From assembly GCA_017538105.1 (NCBI GenBank), contig JAFYJN010000048.1, forward strand, positions 15,234-79,233: 64,000 nt of DNA. Direction: 5' to 3'. Positions 30,307 to 39,170 of the stretch are shown here, piece after piece. Source of the DNA: Prevotella sp. Its GTDB lineage: Bacteria; Bacteroidota; Bacteroidia; Bacteroidales; Bacteroidaceae. Each line of letters starts with the position of its first letter. The stretch's first letter is position 1. The position numbers and the translations under genes were made by a program. The notes under the pieces are model-generated. The model had not been told where the DNA came from and searched no databases. It saw only the letters and a program-made list of their open reading frames with translations.

Positions 30307-30441
30307 GACTCTTTCTGTTGTTTTTATAAATCTTTATGCTTCTTGAAGGATGGGAAATGCAAAAAAAAACGTACTTTTGCATCAGCATCATCCACAATTG
30401 ATGCAAAAGTAAGGTTTTTCATTGACATACGGAAAATTATT

Positions 30442-31011
30442 ATGGCAAAAGTATATGAATTTCTCGCCACGGGCTTTGAGGAGTTGGAAGCCCTGGCTCC
30501 TGTTGACATTCTCCGCCGTGGTGGGGTGGACGTGAAAACGGTTAGTGTGACGGGCAGTCTGTTCGTTGAGTCATCGCACGGAGTGACGGTAAAGGCCGAC
30601 CTATTGTTCGAGGACGCTGACCTTGTCGATGCTGACATGCTGCTGTTACCCGGTGGGATGCCCGGCTCGAAGAATCTCAACGCCCATGAAGGGGTGAGGG
30701 CAGCCCTGACAACCCATGCCGACAGGAAGGGACTCATTGGTGCCATCTGTGCCGCTCCCATGGTGCTTGGCTCACTGGGACTGCTCCAAGGCCGTCGCGC
30801 CACCTGTTCGCCCGGCTTTGAGATATACCTCACCGGTGCCGAGTATACGGCAGAATTGGTTACCGAAGACGGCAATATCATCACTGGAGAGGGCCCTGCC
30901 GCTTCAATGCCTTATGCCTACGCCCTGCTCGCCCATTTCACAGATGAGTCGAGCGTGACCACCCTGAAGGGCAAGATGCAGTTTCTGCATTTGATGAATG
31001 TTGAATGTTGA
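30442..31011 (+). CDS. DJ-1/PfpI (ThiJ/YajL) family protein
   Basis: GFEELEALAPVDILRR, LPGGMPG, AICAAP. Confidence 0.92.
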   Translation: MAKVYEFLATGFEELEALAPVDILRRGGVDVKTVSVTGSLFVESSHGVTVKADLLFEDADLVDADMLLLPGGMPGSKNLNAHEGVRAALTTHADRKGLIGAICAAPMVLGSLGLLQGRRATCSPGFEIYLTGAEYTAELVTEDGNIITGEGPAASMPYAYALLAHFTDESSVTTLKGKMQFLHLMNVEC

Positions 31012-31138
31012 GTGTTGAATGTTGATTTATCGCTTCGCGATGACGAATTATTCAATTGAGAATTAAGAATTCAACATTCATAATTCAAAAATCGCCGAGG
31101 CGACCATTCATCATTCAACATTCAAAACTCAAAACTCG
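30994..31138. repeat. Inverted heptamer arrays (TGAATGT versus ACATTCA) with internal short hairpins
   Basis: tgaatgttgaatgttgagtgttgaatgttga ... atcgcttcgcgat ... tcgccgaggcga ... ttcaacattcaaaactcaaaactc. Confidence 0.75.
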
Positions 31139-31141
31139 ATT

Positions 31142-33244
31142 ATGCTCGACGTATTAGAACAGGATGTGATGTATGTTCCCGGTGTGGGACCGAAGAAAAA
31201 GGAGTTGTTGAGCCGAGAACTCAACATCCAGACCTTCGGTGACCTGCTGGAATACTATCCCTACAAATACGTTGACAGAAGCCGAATCTACCAAAGCAAC
31301 GAACTGTCGGCCGACATGCCCTTTGTGCAGTTGAAGGGTAAGATATTGAGTTTTGAGCAGTTCGAGATGGGCCCGCGCAAAAAACGGGTTGTCGCCCATT
31401 TCTATGACGGTCACGGTCCTGTGGTTGACTTGGTATGGTTTGCAGGCACACATTATGTGATGAAAAGCTATCAGGTGCAGACGGAATATATCGTCTTCGG
31501 GAAACCCTCCGTCTATGGCGGACGTTACCAGATTGCACATCCCGAAATCGAGAAGGTGTCGGAACTGCAGCTAGACACCATGGGCATGCAACCCTATTAC
31601 GTGACTACGGAGAAGATGAAAAATGCCGGGTTCACGTCACGCACTGTGGAGAAGATTGTCAACAACCTGCTTGAACGACTCACACAACCTCTGCCCGAGA
31701 CACTGCCCCCCTTCATCACCGAACGGTTGCATCTTGTGTCTCGCGATACCGCCTTCCGCCATGTGCACTATCCCCACAATGTGGCAGAGATGCAAGCCGC
31801 GCGTCTGCGTCTGAAGTTTGAGGAGCTGTTCTACGTACAACTCAACATCCTTCGTTACGCCAGTGACCACCGCCGCAAATACCGCGGTTTCATCTTCTCG
31901 CAAATAGGATCGATGTTCAACGGCTTCTACTACGATCATCTTCCTTTTCCCCTCACCAACGCCCAAAAACGCGTGGTGCGCGAGATACGTCAAGACGTGG
32001 GTAGCGGCCGTCAGATGAACCGCCTCTTACAAGGTGACGTAGGCAGCGGCAAAACCCTCGTGGCCTTACTCTCCATGCTCATCGCCCTCGACAATGGTTA
32101 CCAAGCCTGCATTATGGCTCCCACGGAAATCTTGGCTGAGCAACATCTGGCCACGCTGCGTGAGTTTGTAGGCGACATGGACATCCATATTGAATTGCTC
32201 ACGGGTGTCGTCAAGGGCAAACGCCGCCAAGCTGTCCTCGACGGCCTTATTGACGGGTCGGTACAAATCCTTGTGGGAACCCATGCCATCATCGAAGATG
32301 GTGTAATGTTCCAGCGTCTGGGCCTCGCCGTCATCGACGAACAACACCGGTTTGGTGTGGCCCAGCGAGCCAAACTATGGAGCAAGAGCACCAACCCGCC
32401 CCATATCCTCGTGATGACTGCCACGCCCATACCCCGCACCCTGGCGATGACCATCTACGGTGATCTCGACGTGAGTGTCATCGACGAGTTGCCCCCAGGC
32501 CGCAAGCCCGTGGAGACCATACACCGCTACGACAACCAACTTGGCAGCCTCTACGAGAATATCCGCCGACAGATTCGGACTGGCAGGCAGGCATATATCG
32601 TATTCCCTCTCATCAAGGAAAGCGAGAAAAGCGACTTAAAGAACTTGGAGGAAGGTTTCGAAGCATTGAAAGAAGTGTTTGCCGAGTTCCGCCTAAGCAA
32701 GGTACATGGCAAGATGAAACCCAAGGACAAAGAAGAAGAGATGCAACGGTTCCTTGCCGGTGAAACACAGATTCTCGTGGCCACCACGGTCATCGAGGTA
32801 GGTGTCAACGTGCCCAACGCCTCGGTGATGGTCATTCTCGACGCCCAGCGTTTTGGCCTGTCGCAGTTGCACCAGTTACGAGGCCGAGTGGGACGGGGCG
32901 CTGACCAGTCGTACTGCATCCTCGTGACCAACCACAAACTGAGCAAGGAGACAGCCCGCCGCATCGATATCATGTGCGACACCAACGACGGTTTCGAGAT
33001 AGCCGAAGCCGATTTGAAGTTGCGTGGTCCCGGAGACTTGGAGGGTACACAACAGAGCGGCATCGCCTTCGACCTGAAGATTGCCGACATTGCGCGCGAC
33101 GGACAGATCGTGCAGCTGGCACGCGATGAAGCGCAGAAAATCATCGATGACGACCCCACCTGTGAGAAACAGACCTATTCCATGCTATGGAATCGTCTAA
33201 CCGAACTCCGAAAGACCAACATCAACTGGGCTGCCATCTCGTGA
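31142..33244 (+). CDS. recG: ATP-dependent DNA helicase RecG
   Basis: RLKFEELF, MNRLLQGDVGSGKT, DEQHRFGV, MTATPIPRTL, QLHQLRGRVGRG. Confidence 0.98.
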   Translation: MLDVLEQDVMYVPGVGPKKKELLSRELNIQTFGDLLEYYPYKYVDRSRIYQSNELSADMPFVQLKGKILSFEQFEMGPRKKRVVAHFYDGHGPVVDLVWFAGTHYVMKSYQVQTEYIVFGKPSVYGGRYQIAHPEIEKVSELQLDTMGMQPYYVTTEKMKNAGFTSRTVEKIVNNLLERLTQPLPETLPPFITERLHLVSRDTAFRHVHYPHNVAEMQAARLRLKFEELFYVQLNILRYASDHRRKYRGFIFSQIGSMFNGFYYDHLPFPLTNAQKRVVREIRQDVGSGRQMNRLLQGDVGSGKTLVALLSMLIALDNGYQACIMAPTEILAEQHLATLREFVGDMDIHIELLTGVVKGKRRQAVLDGLIDGSVQILVGTHAIIEDGVMFQRLGLAVIDEQHRFGVAQRAKLWSKSTNPPHILVMTATPIPRTLAMTIYGDLDVSVIDELPPGRKPVETIHRYDNQLGSLYENIRRQIRTGRQAYIVFPLIKESEKSDLKNLEEGFEALKEVFAEFRLSKVHGKMKPKDKEEEMQRFLAGETQILVATTVIEVGVNVPNASVMVILDAQRFGLSQLHQLRGRVGRGADQSYCILVTNHKLSKETARRIDIMCDTNDGFEIAEADLKLRGPGDLEGTQQSGIAFDLKIADIARDGQIVQLARDEAQKIIDDDPTCEKQTYSMLWNRLTELRKTNINWAAIS

Positions 33245-33560
33245 ATCGTATTTAATTACGAATTACGCGAATTACATGAATTGGGGATTATTTGCTACAA
33301 ACCACGCAAATTGGTTTATGTTTACTACAAATTACACGAAAAAAACAAATGTAAGGGCTTGACAATAAACTATTTTTAACAACCCCTTTTGAGTGTTAAG
33401 ATGACAATAAAAACTGTTAATTGCCAATTTTTACCATTTTTTATTCCTACCTTTGCAACGGAAAACTAAAATAGTCGGTTACAATTTGTTTTTCGCCGAG
33501 CTATTTTATAAGTACATTTTGCGAGGATACAAATCGCCTGAAACCGCTTAATCAAAGAAT

Positions 33561-34511
33561 ATGCATTTGAACAAAAACATAAAGAATTTATTTTTTGCCG
33601 TGGTCATGACAATGGCTGCAGCACCAGTAATGGGTCAAGACCTGCTTGCTCGTCAGGCCCCAGTAGACAAAAAGATGAGAGCCGTGGACACCCTTGCCCT
33701 CCAGAGCATCACCGCTCGTGAGGAATCGGAATCTCCCGCCTCAGCCCTATACCATGATTGGGACAACCGTTATGCGCACAAAGAAACCGCGTTGCCCAAC
33801 GAATACCGCATCGACCTTCGCGGATTCTGCATGCCCACCCCGAGCCGCGTTATCACATCCAATTTTGGAGCCCGTTGGGGACGCATGCACAAAGGATTGG
33901 ATATCAAAGTATATATTGGCGACACCATCCGCTCCGCCTTCTCCGGCAAAGTACGTGTTGTTAGATATGAAGCCAAAGGATATGGCAACTATGTTGTCAT
34001 CCGTCACAACAACGGCCTGGAGACCATCTATGGTCACTTGTCGAAGCATCTTGTGAGAGAGAACCAGATTGTTCGCGCCGGCGACCCCATCGGCTTGGGT
34101 GGCAACACGGGACGTAGCACCGGTTCACACTTGCATTTCGAGACCCGCCTATGCGGCGTGGCCCTGAACCCAGCCCTGTTCTTCGATTTCAAGGCACAGG
34201 ACGTTACGGGTGATTTCTACACCTTCCGCAAGAGCACCGTCGACCGTGAGTCGGCAGAAGCTACCCGTACACGTGGCAAGAACGACGGCAATGGTTACAA
34301 GCCCGAGGATGTCACAGGAAAGGCCACGGCCAGCACATCACGCCAACAGTCTGAATACACCGGATCTGTACGCTACCACAAGGTGGAAGCAGGCGAGACC
34401 GTCTACAGCATCGCCCGCAAACGTGGTGTCAGTGTCGACACATTGGTGAAACTCAACCACCTTGGCGAGAACATGCGTGTGCGCCCTGGACAGATTCTCC
34501 GTTATTCATAA
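33561..34511 (+). CDS. M23 peptidase with a C-terminal LysM domain
   Basis: HKGLD, YGHL, GNTGRSTGSHLHFE; LysM YHKVEAGETVYSIA; -7 box TACCTTTG at 33448-33455. Confidence 0.93.
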   Translation: MHLNKNIKNLFFAVVMTMAAAPVMGQDLLARQAPVDKKMRAVDTLALQSITAREESESPASALYHDWDNRYAHKETALPNEYRIDLRGFCMPTPSRVITSNFGARWGRMHKGLDIKVYIGDTIRSAFSGKVRVVRYEAKGYGNYVVIRHNNGLETIYGHLSKHLVRENQIVRAGDPIGLGGNTGRSTGSHLHFETRLCGVALNPALFFDFKAQDVTGDFYTFRKSTVDRESAEATRTRGKNDGNGYKPEDVTGKATASTSRQQSEYTGSVRYHKVEAGETVYSIARKRGVSVDTLVKLNHLGENMRVRPGQILRYS

Positions 34512-34549
34512 GCATTCATAACCCCACCTAAGATATACAAGAAAGAAAT

Positions 34550-34585
34550 AGGCGCTGGAACTATTGTTCCAACGCCTTCTTTTTT
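34550..34585 (+). terminator. Intrinsic terminator between convergent genes
   Basis: AGGCGCTGGAAC-TATT-GTTCCAACGCCT followed by a T-run. Confidence 0.75.
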
Positions 34586-34599
34586 GTGTTCCCTGACAA

Positions 34600-34917
34600 T
34601 CAACGTTTAATGGTTGCTTGTCCTTGCGGTGACCTGGGAGTAGTCGTTGACGAAGCCTTTCCGCCACTCTTTCCCGAACCAAACTTCTTTCCTATGGCAC
34701 TCTGTGCCGGTTGACCTTGCGAAATCGTCATATCCCTTTGTGATGCCCCTCTTTGAGCATCAGGAGCCTGACGCAAATCTCTTGAACCAGGACGTGAGGA
34801 TTGCTGTACTGTCACGCCACCAGCCGTGGAGGGTTTTCTTGAGGTTGATTGTGCCGATGCTTGGGAGGCAAACCCAAAGGCAGCCACCACCACTAAGGAC
34901 AGGAATAATTTTTTCAT
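34600..34917 (-). CDS. Small secreted low-complexity hypothetical protein
   Basis: Signal peptide MKKLFLSLVVVAAFGFASQASA; S/G/Q/R-rich mature part. Confidence 0.7.
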   Translation of the reverse strand: MKKLFLSLVVVAAFGFASQASAQSTSRKPSTAGGVTVQQSSRPGSRDLRQAPDAQRGASQRDMTISQGQPAQSAIGKKFGSGKSGGKASSTTTPRSPQGQATIKR

Positions 34918-34936
34918 GATTTAATAAGTTATGAGT

Positions 34937-35719
34937 TTATGAATTAAAGAATTTGCGTATCACGAACCATGCATGCATGAATACCGTCGTAGGCCATCCG
35001 TAATGGTGACACATCACTCGAAAACGCTCTTTTAATGATTCCTTATGATGTCGTGTGGTCTGTCCCTCCTCCAAATAATTGGCAACGACGGCATCGACGG
35101 GCGTGAGGTTGAGTCCTCTTCGTTGAACCTCCTTCATCACACGGATACACCAATCCACATCCGCCGAGAAGCGGTAACGGGTGTCGAATGTCACCCCCTT
35201 GGCCACATCAGCCCGTGCGTAGAATGCCTGATGACACACCAACATACCCTTTCGGAACGAACGCCACGTGAGTTTTTTGGGTGGTCGCAGTCGCCGGTGA
35301 TAAAGAAAGTGGCCGTCTGGTCCAACGATATCCGTATCACCATACACCACCCCTGGCATGTCACCATCGCCGGCACCCATGGCCACAGCCGCTATTCGCT
35401 CCAACGTATCTGCATCAGGCAACCTATCGCCTGCGTTGAGGAAACAGACATATTCACCCGTAACGCGTGCCAGCCCCTTGTTCATGGCATCGTAAATACC
35501 CTTGTCTGGTTCCGAGAGGATTGTCACATGGTGGCCGTTGTCAGCCTCATCAGACTGTCGTTTATACGCCTGCACCCTGTCGAGGGTGCAGTCAGTAGAG
35601 GCGCCATCGATGATGATATGCTCCACATTTTCGTAGGTCTGCCGCATCACGCTCTCCAAGGTGGGGTCGATCACGTCTCCCGCCTGGTAGGTGATGGTGA
35701 CGAGACTGATACAAATCAT
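34937..35719 (-). CDS. GT2 glycosyltransferase
   Basis: IDGASTD, SEPDKGIYDAMNKG, FLNAGD, HQAF. Confidence 0.92.
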   Translation of the reverse strand: MICISLVTITYQAGDVIDPTLESVMRQTYENVEHIIIDGASTDCTLDRVQAYKRQSDEADNGHHVTILSEPDKGIYDAMNKGLARVTGEYVCFLNAGDRLPDADTLERIAAVAMGAGDGDMPGVVYGDTDIVGPDGHFLYHRRLRPPKKLTWRSFRKGMLVCHQAFYARADVAKGVTFDTRYRFSADVDWCIRVMKEVQRRGLNLTPVDAVVANYLEEGQTTRHHKESLKERFRVMCHHYGWPTTVFMHAWFVIRKFFNS

Positions 35720-36990
35720 ATCTTATAATCCTTGTATGCCATCACCTGGTTGTACACCTCGATATATTTCAAAGCCACATTGTGTTGTGAATAATTCTGC
35801 ACCACCTTGCGCAACGCCTCGTCGGAGAGCGACTGGTAGTCGGCCTCTTCCAAGGACCAATAGATACCAGCGGCCAAGTCGGCGGAATTGCGGTATTCTG
35901 CCACATATCCATTTTTCTTGTGGTCTATCTCTTCAGGAATGCCGCCAGTCTTGAATCCCACGCATGGCACACCGCATGCCAATGCCTCCATGATGGTGTT
36001 GGGTAGGTTATCCTCCAGCGAAGGCAGCACGAAGAGGTCTGCGGCGTTATACACATCCACGATTTTCTTCTCATCGTTGATATATCCCAGTGGGTACACC
36101 GGCAGACGGAGATGGTTACCGAAGTCATCGGAATGTCCTCCCATGATGGCGATGACTGTGTTTTCCTTCATTTCAGGATGGTCATGGACCAGCTTGTCCA
36201 CCGCCTCAATCATGAAGTCCATACCTTTTCGACGTTCCGTCACCCGTTGCGAAACAAAGAGGATGATACGCTTGTCGAGGGGCAATCCCACCTGATGGCG
36301 AGCCTCCTGTTTGTCCTTGCGGCAAAATACATGCGTATCTATGGGGTTGGGAATATTGTAGATATGCTGTCCGGTGAGCAGCGCGCTTTTTTTCGCCTGT
36401 CCCTCCAGCCAACGGCTACAAGCCACGAAAGAGATGTTCTGTCCTTTGAGCATCGCCTTTTTACGTTGCCACACTTGATTGGCGAGATCTTTGCGCGAGC
36501 CCTCTCCTGGCAGGAAGCGGCAGTTACGACACACGTTGGCGAATGCCATACATCCATGCGTGTAATGGCAGATGGCCGTTGCAGGCCATGCGTCGTGCAT
36601 CGTCCACACCACAGGTTTTCCTGAAAGCAAGATCTTCCGGATATTATTCAACGAGAGCATTCCTTGGTTGATCCAACTCAGGTGAATAATGTCGGCCTCT
36701 TTGAACTCGCGCAACGTGGTGATGTCGTGTCCGGTATTGGCGATATCTATATCGAACAGGTTTTTGCGAGAAAAATGCAGTTTTTTGTATATTGTCCACC
36801 TTTCCCACAGGAAATTCCATTGTGAGCGCAGTGTCTGTTTATACCCTACCACGGTTATGTTGTCCGTTTCTTTATCCCGCACCAACATTTTGGCTTTCAC
36901 ACCATTATTATTGAGCGCTTCCATTAGTCGGTTGGCCGCCACTGCCGCACCACCTGTCTTTTCACTTGTACTTACGATTAAAACTCTCAT
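35716..36990 (-). CDS. GT4 glycosyltransferase (WcaC-like)
   Basis: GGAAVAANRL, VWTMHDAW, PSLEDNLPNTIMEALACG; start at MRVLIVS. Confidence 0.92.
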   Translation of the reverse strand: MRVLIVSTSEKTGGAAVAANRLMEALNNNGVKAKMLVRDKETDNITVVGYKQTLRSQWNFLWERWTIYKKLHFSRKNLFDIDIANTGHDITTLREFKEADIIHLSWINQGMLSLNNIRKILLSGKPVVWTMHDAWPATAICHYTHGCMAFANVCRNCRFLPGEGSRKDLANQVWQRKKAMLKGQNISFVACSRWLEGQAKKSALLTGQHIYNIPNPIDTHVFCRKDKQEARHQVGLPLDKRIILFVSQRVTERRKGMDFMIEAVDKLVHDHPEMKENTVIAIMGGHSDDFGNHLRLPVYPLGYINDEKKIVDVYNAADLFVLPSLEDNLPNTIMEALACGVPCVGFKTGGIPEEIDHKKNGYVAEYRNSADLAAGIYWSLEEADYQSLSDEALRKVVQNYSQHNVALKYIEVYNQVMAYKDYKI

Positions 36991-37172
36991 TGCAGTCAAA
37001 AAATATGATAGCACAAAGATACAGTTATTTCCATGTAAAACAAAGAAAAGTACTAAAAAAAGTGACTGTTTGCGCACACAACAATTGATTTAAATCAAGA
37101 AAAGGGCAAAATATTACGTTTTTCAACCTATAAGTATTGACACAGGATGAAAAATGTTGTACCTTTGCATTG

Positions 37173-37369
37173 TCAAAAGGTTAATAGATTGTTTAGGTTA
37201 GTAGTAATAGATTTAGGTTTTTAGTTATTAGGTTTAAGGTAATTTAAGTAAGATTGTTAAATTGGACAACAAAGGAGGCCGTGAGGTTCCCTTTGGTTTT
37301 TGAAAAGGATTTTTAGTTAAACATAGGCTCGTACGCTGCTGCTCGTTGAGGGTGGCAGCGTACTTTTTT
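37173..37369 (+). ncRNA. Candidate small RNA (about 200 nt, U/G-rich)
   Basis: -7 box TACCTTTG at 37160-37167, no ORF in the track, repeated TTAGGTT, terminator GTACGCTGCTGCTC...GGGTGGCAGCGTAC-TTTTTT; the downstream gene is convergent. Confidence 0.6.
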
Positions 37370-37458
37370 ATGTTAGAAATTTGACTATTGGAATAACTCC
37401 AGAGCGGCATAGAGCCGCGATAATATCTTAACTTCAGGAATTATTATTCTGCTATCTC

Positions 37459-37932
37459 TTACTTTTCAATGAGTGCTACGGCATAGGCGCTGATACCCTC
37501 TTCACGACCTGTGAAACCTAATCGTTCGGTAGTAGTGGCCTTGATGGAAACGCTATCTTCATCGATGCCCATCACTTGTGCCATACAAGCGCGCATGGCA
37601 GGTACATGGGGATTGATTTTTGGTCGTTCAGCACATACCGTGGCATCTATATTGCCCACATGATAGCCTTTTGTGGCCAATAGTTCCACCGTTTGTTTGA
37701 GGATGATTTTACTGTCCATGCCGAGCGTTTTTTCAGACGTATCGGGAAAATGAAACCCTATGTCGCGCATATTGGCCGCTCCGAGCAAGGCGTCACAAAC
37801 GGCATGGATGAGTACGTCGGCATCGCTATGTCCGAGCAAGCCCAACGAATGTGGAATCTTTATCCCTCCCAACCACAGGTCGCGGTCAGGCACCAAACGA
37901 TGTACGTCATAGCCCATGCCAACTCTTATCAT
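37459..37932 (-). CDS. ispF: 2-C-methyl-D-erythritol 2,4-cyclodiphosphate synthase
   Basis: RVGMGYDVH, GHSDADV, KATTTERLGFTGREEG. Confidence 0.98.
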   Translation of the reverse strand: MIRVGMGYDVHRLVPDRDLWLGGIKIPHSLGLLGHSDADVLIHAVCDALLGAANMRDIGFHFPDTSEKTLGMDSKIILKQTVELLATKGYHVGNIDATVCAERPKINPHVPAMRACMAQVMGIDEDSVSIKATTTERLGFTGREEGISAYAVALIEK

Positions 37933-37951
37933 GGTTGTTCGTGGTTAAAGG

Positions 37952-39127
37952 TTACTTTTTTCTAAAGAGATCCTTGATTCCGTCCATGTCGAACGAGAGG
38001 GTGAAACGCAACGTCTGGTCGAGAGGGTTGCTCTTTGCCGTGGCGATGACGTAACCGGCATCCAATGAGAAGACACTCATCTTGAATCCCGCGCCCACAG
38101 TGAAATATTTGCGGTTACCCTTATTCTCACTCTCATGATGGTATCCAGCGCGTACTGAGAATTGGTCGTGGTAGACATATTCGGCACCCACGCTCCACTG
38201 AATCTCCTCCATCTCCTCCTTAAAACCATTGGGCGCATCACTAAAACTCTTGAATATACCGCTAATGCTCGAAACGTCGTAGTAGTCTTTCTGAACTCGT
38301 TCCTGATAGTCCTCGGTCGTCTCCCCCTCTTCCTGTTTAGGATAGGTAGGCACAAGCAGTTTATTGGCATCGGCAGCGATAGTGAAGCGGTTGTATTCGT
38401 CAACAGGCACCATGAGCGCCGCTCCCAGGCGGAGGTTCGTCGGGATGAACTCACTGTTGTCGTCGCCGCCAAAAGTAATCTTGCTACCGATGTTGCTGAT
38501 GTTCAATCCCAACCCCAACTGACACTCTCTCGATCCAATGTTCAGGTAGTCTTGGTAGTAACAAGACAAGTCAGCCGCGAAAGCGCTTCCTGGACTCGTA
38601 TCCTCCGTATAGTCGTAGGTCAGGTCGGAATATATCCACCTCAACGCCGCTCCTAGAGAGAATTTCTCGCTGAGCATAAGCGAGTAAGCCACGTCGAGCG
38701 ACATCTCGTAAGGGTTGATGGTCATGTCGTTTCCCGCATCGAGGCTACTGCTCGTATACACCTCACCCAAAGAGAAATAACGCAACGAACCGCTCACCGC
38801 GCTGTAGTCGCCTATACGGTAATATCCCGAAAGGTAGCCCAGATACATATCATTCACCAATTGTCGCAGCCACGGCGTATAGCTGATGCCCACACCCGCC
38901 CTGGAGATGGTGAAAGGATATTTCGCTGGATTCCAGTATTGAGACAGCACGTCGGGGTCGGTAGCCGCACCCACGTCGCCCATACCCGCCGATCGGGCAT
39001 CGGGAGCGATGGTCTGCGACGTAACCGATGTGTTCACAGGGTTGAACATATTCTCCTTTTGCGCACGTGCACTGTATACGACCAATGTCAACAGTGCCAC
39101 AAAGGCTATTCTTTTGATATTCTTCAT
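37952..39127 (-). CDS. porV: Type IX secretion system outer-membrane protein PorV
   Basis: IAPDARSAGMGDVG, QYWNPAKY, YTPWL, GNRKYFTVG, NPLDQTLRFTL; porU-porV-ispF synteny. Confidence 0.95.
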   Translation of the reverse strand: MKNIKRIAFVALLTLVVYSARAQKENMFNPVNTSVTSQTIAPDARSAGMGDVGAATDPDVLSQYWNPAKYPFTISRAGVGISYTPWLRQLVNDMYLGYLSGYYRIGDYSAVSGSLRYFSLGEVYTSSSLDAGNDMTINPYEMSLDVAYSLMLSEKFSLGAALRWIYSDLTYDYTEDTSPGSAFAADLSCYYQDYLNIGSRECQLGLGLNISNIGSKITFGGDDNSEFIPTNLRLGAALMVPVDEYNRFTIAADANKLLVPTYPKQEEGETTEDYQERVQKDYYDVSSISGIFKSFSDAPNGFKEEMEEIQWSVGAEYVYHDQFSVRAGYHHESENKGNRKYFTVGAGFKMSVFSLDAGYVIATAKSNPLDQTLRFTLSFDMDGIKDLFRKK

Positions 39128-39170
39128 TTTCTGCCTAATGGATTATGCTAAAAAATAACGTGACAAGCTG

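Noticed and set aside
30372-30411. Inverted repeat TACTTTTGCATCA...TGATGCAAAAGTA as an invertible promoter
   Set aside because: Largely explained by opposed TACTTTTG -7 boxes of the divergent nadK and DJ-1 genes; no recombinase nearby.
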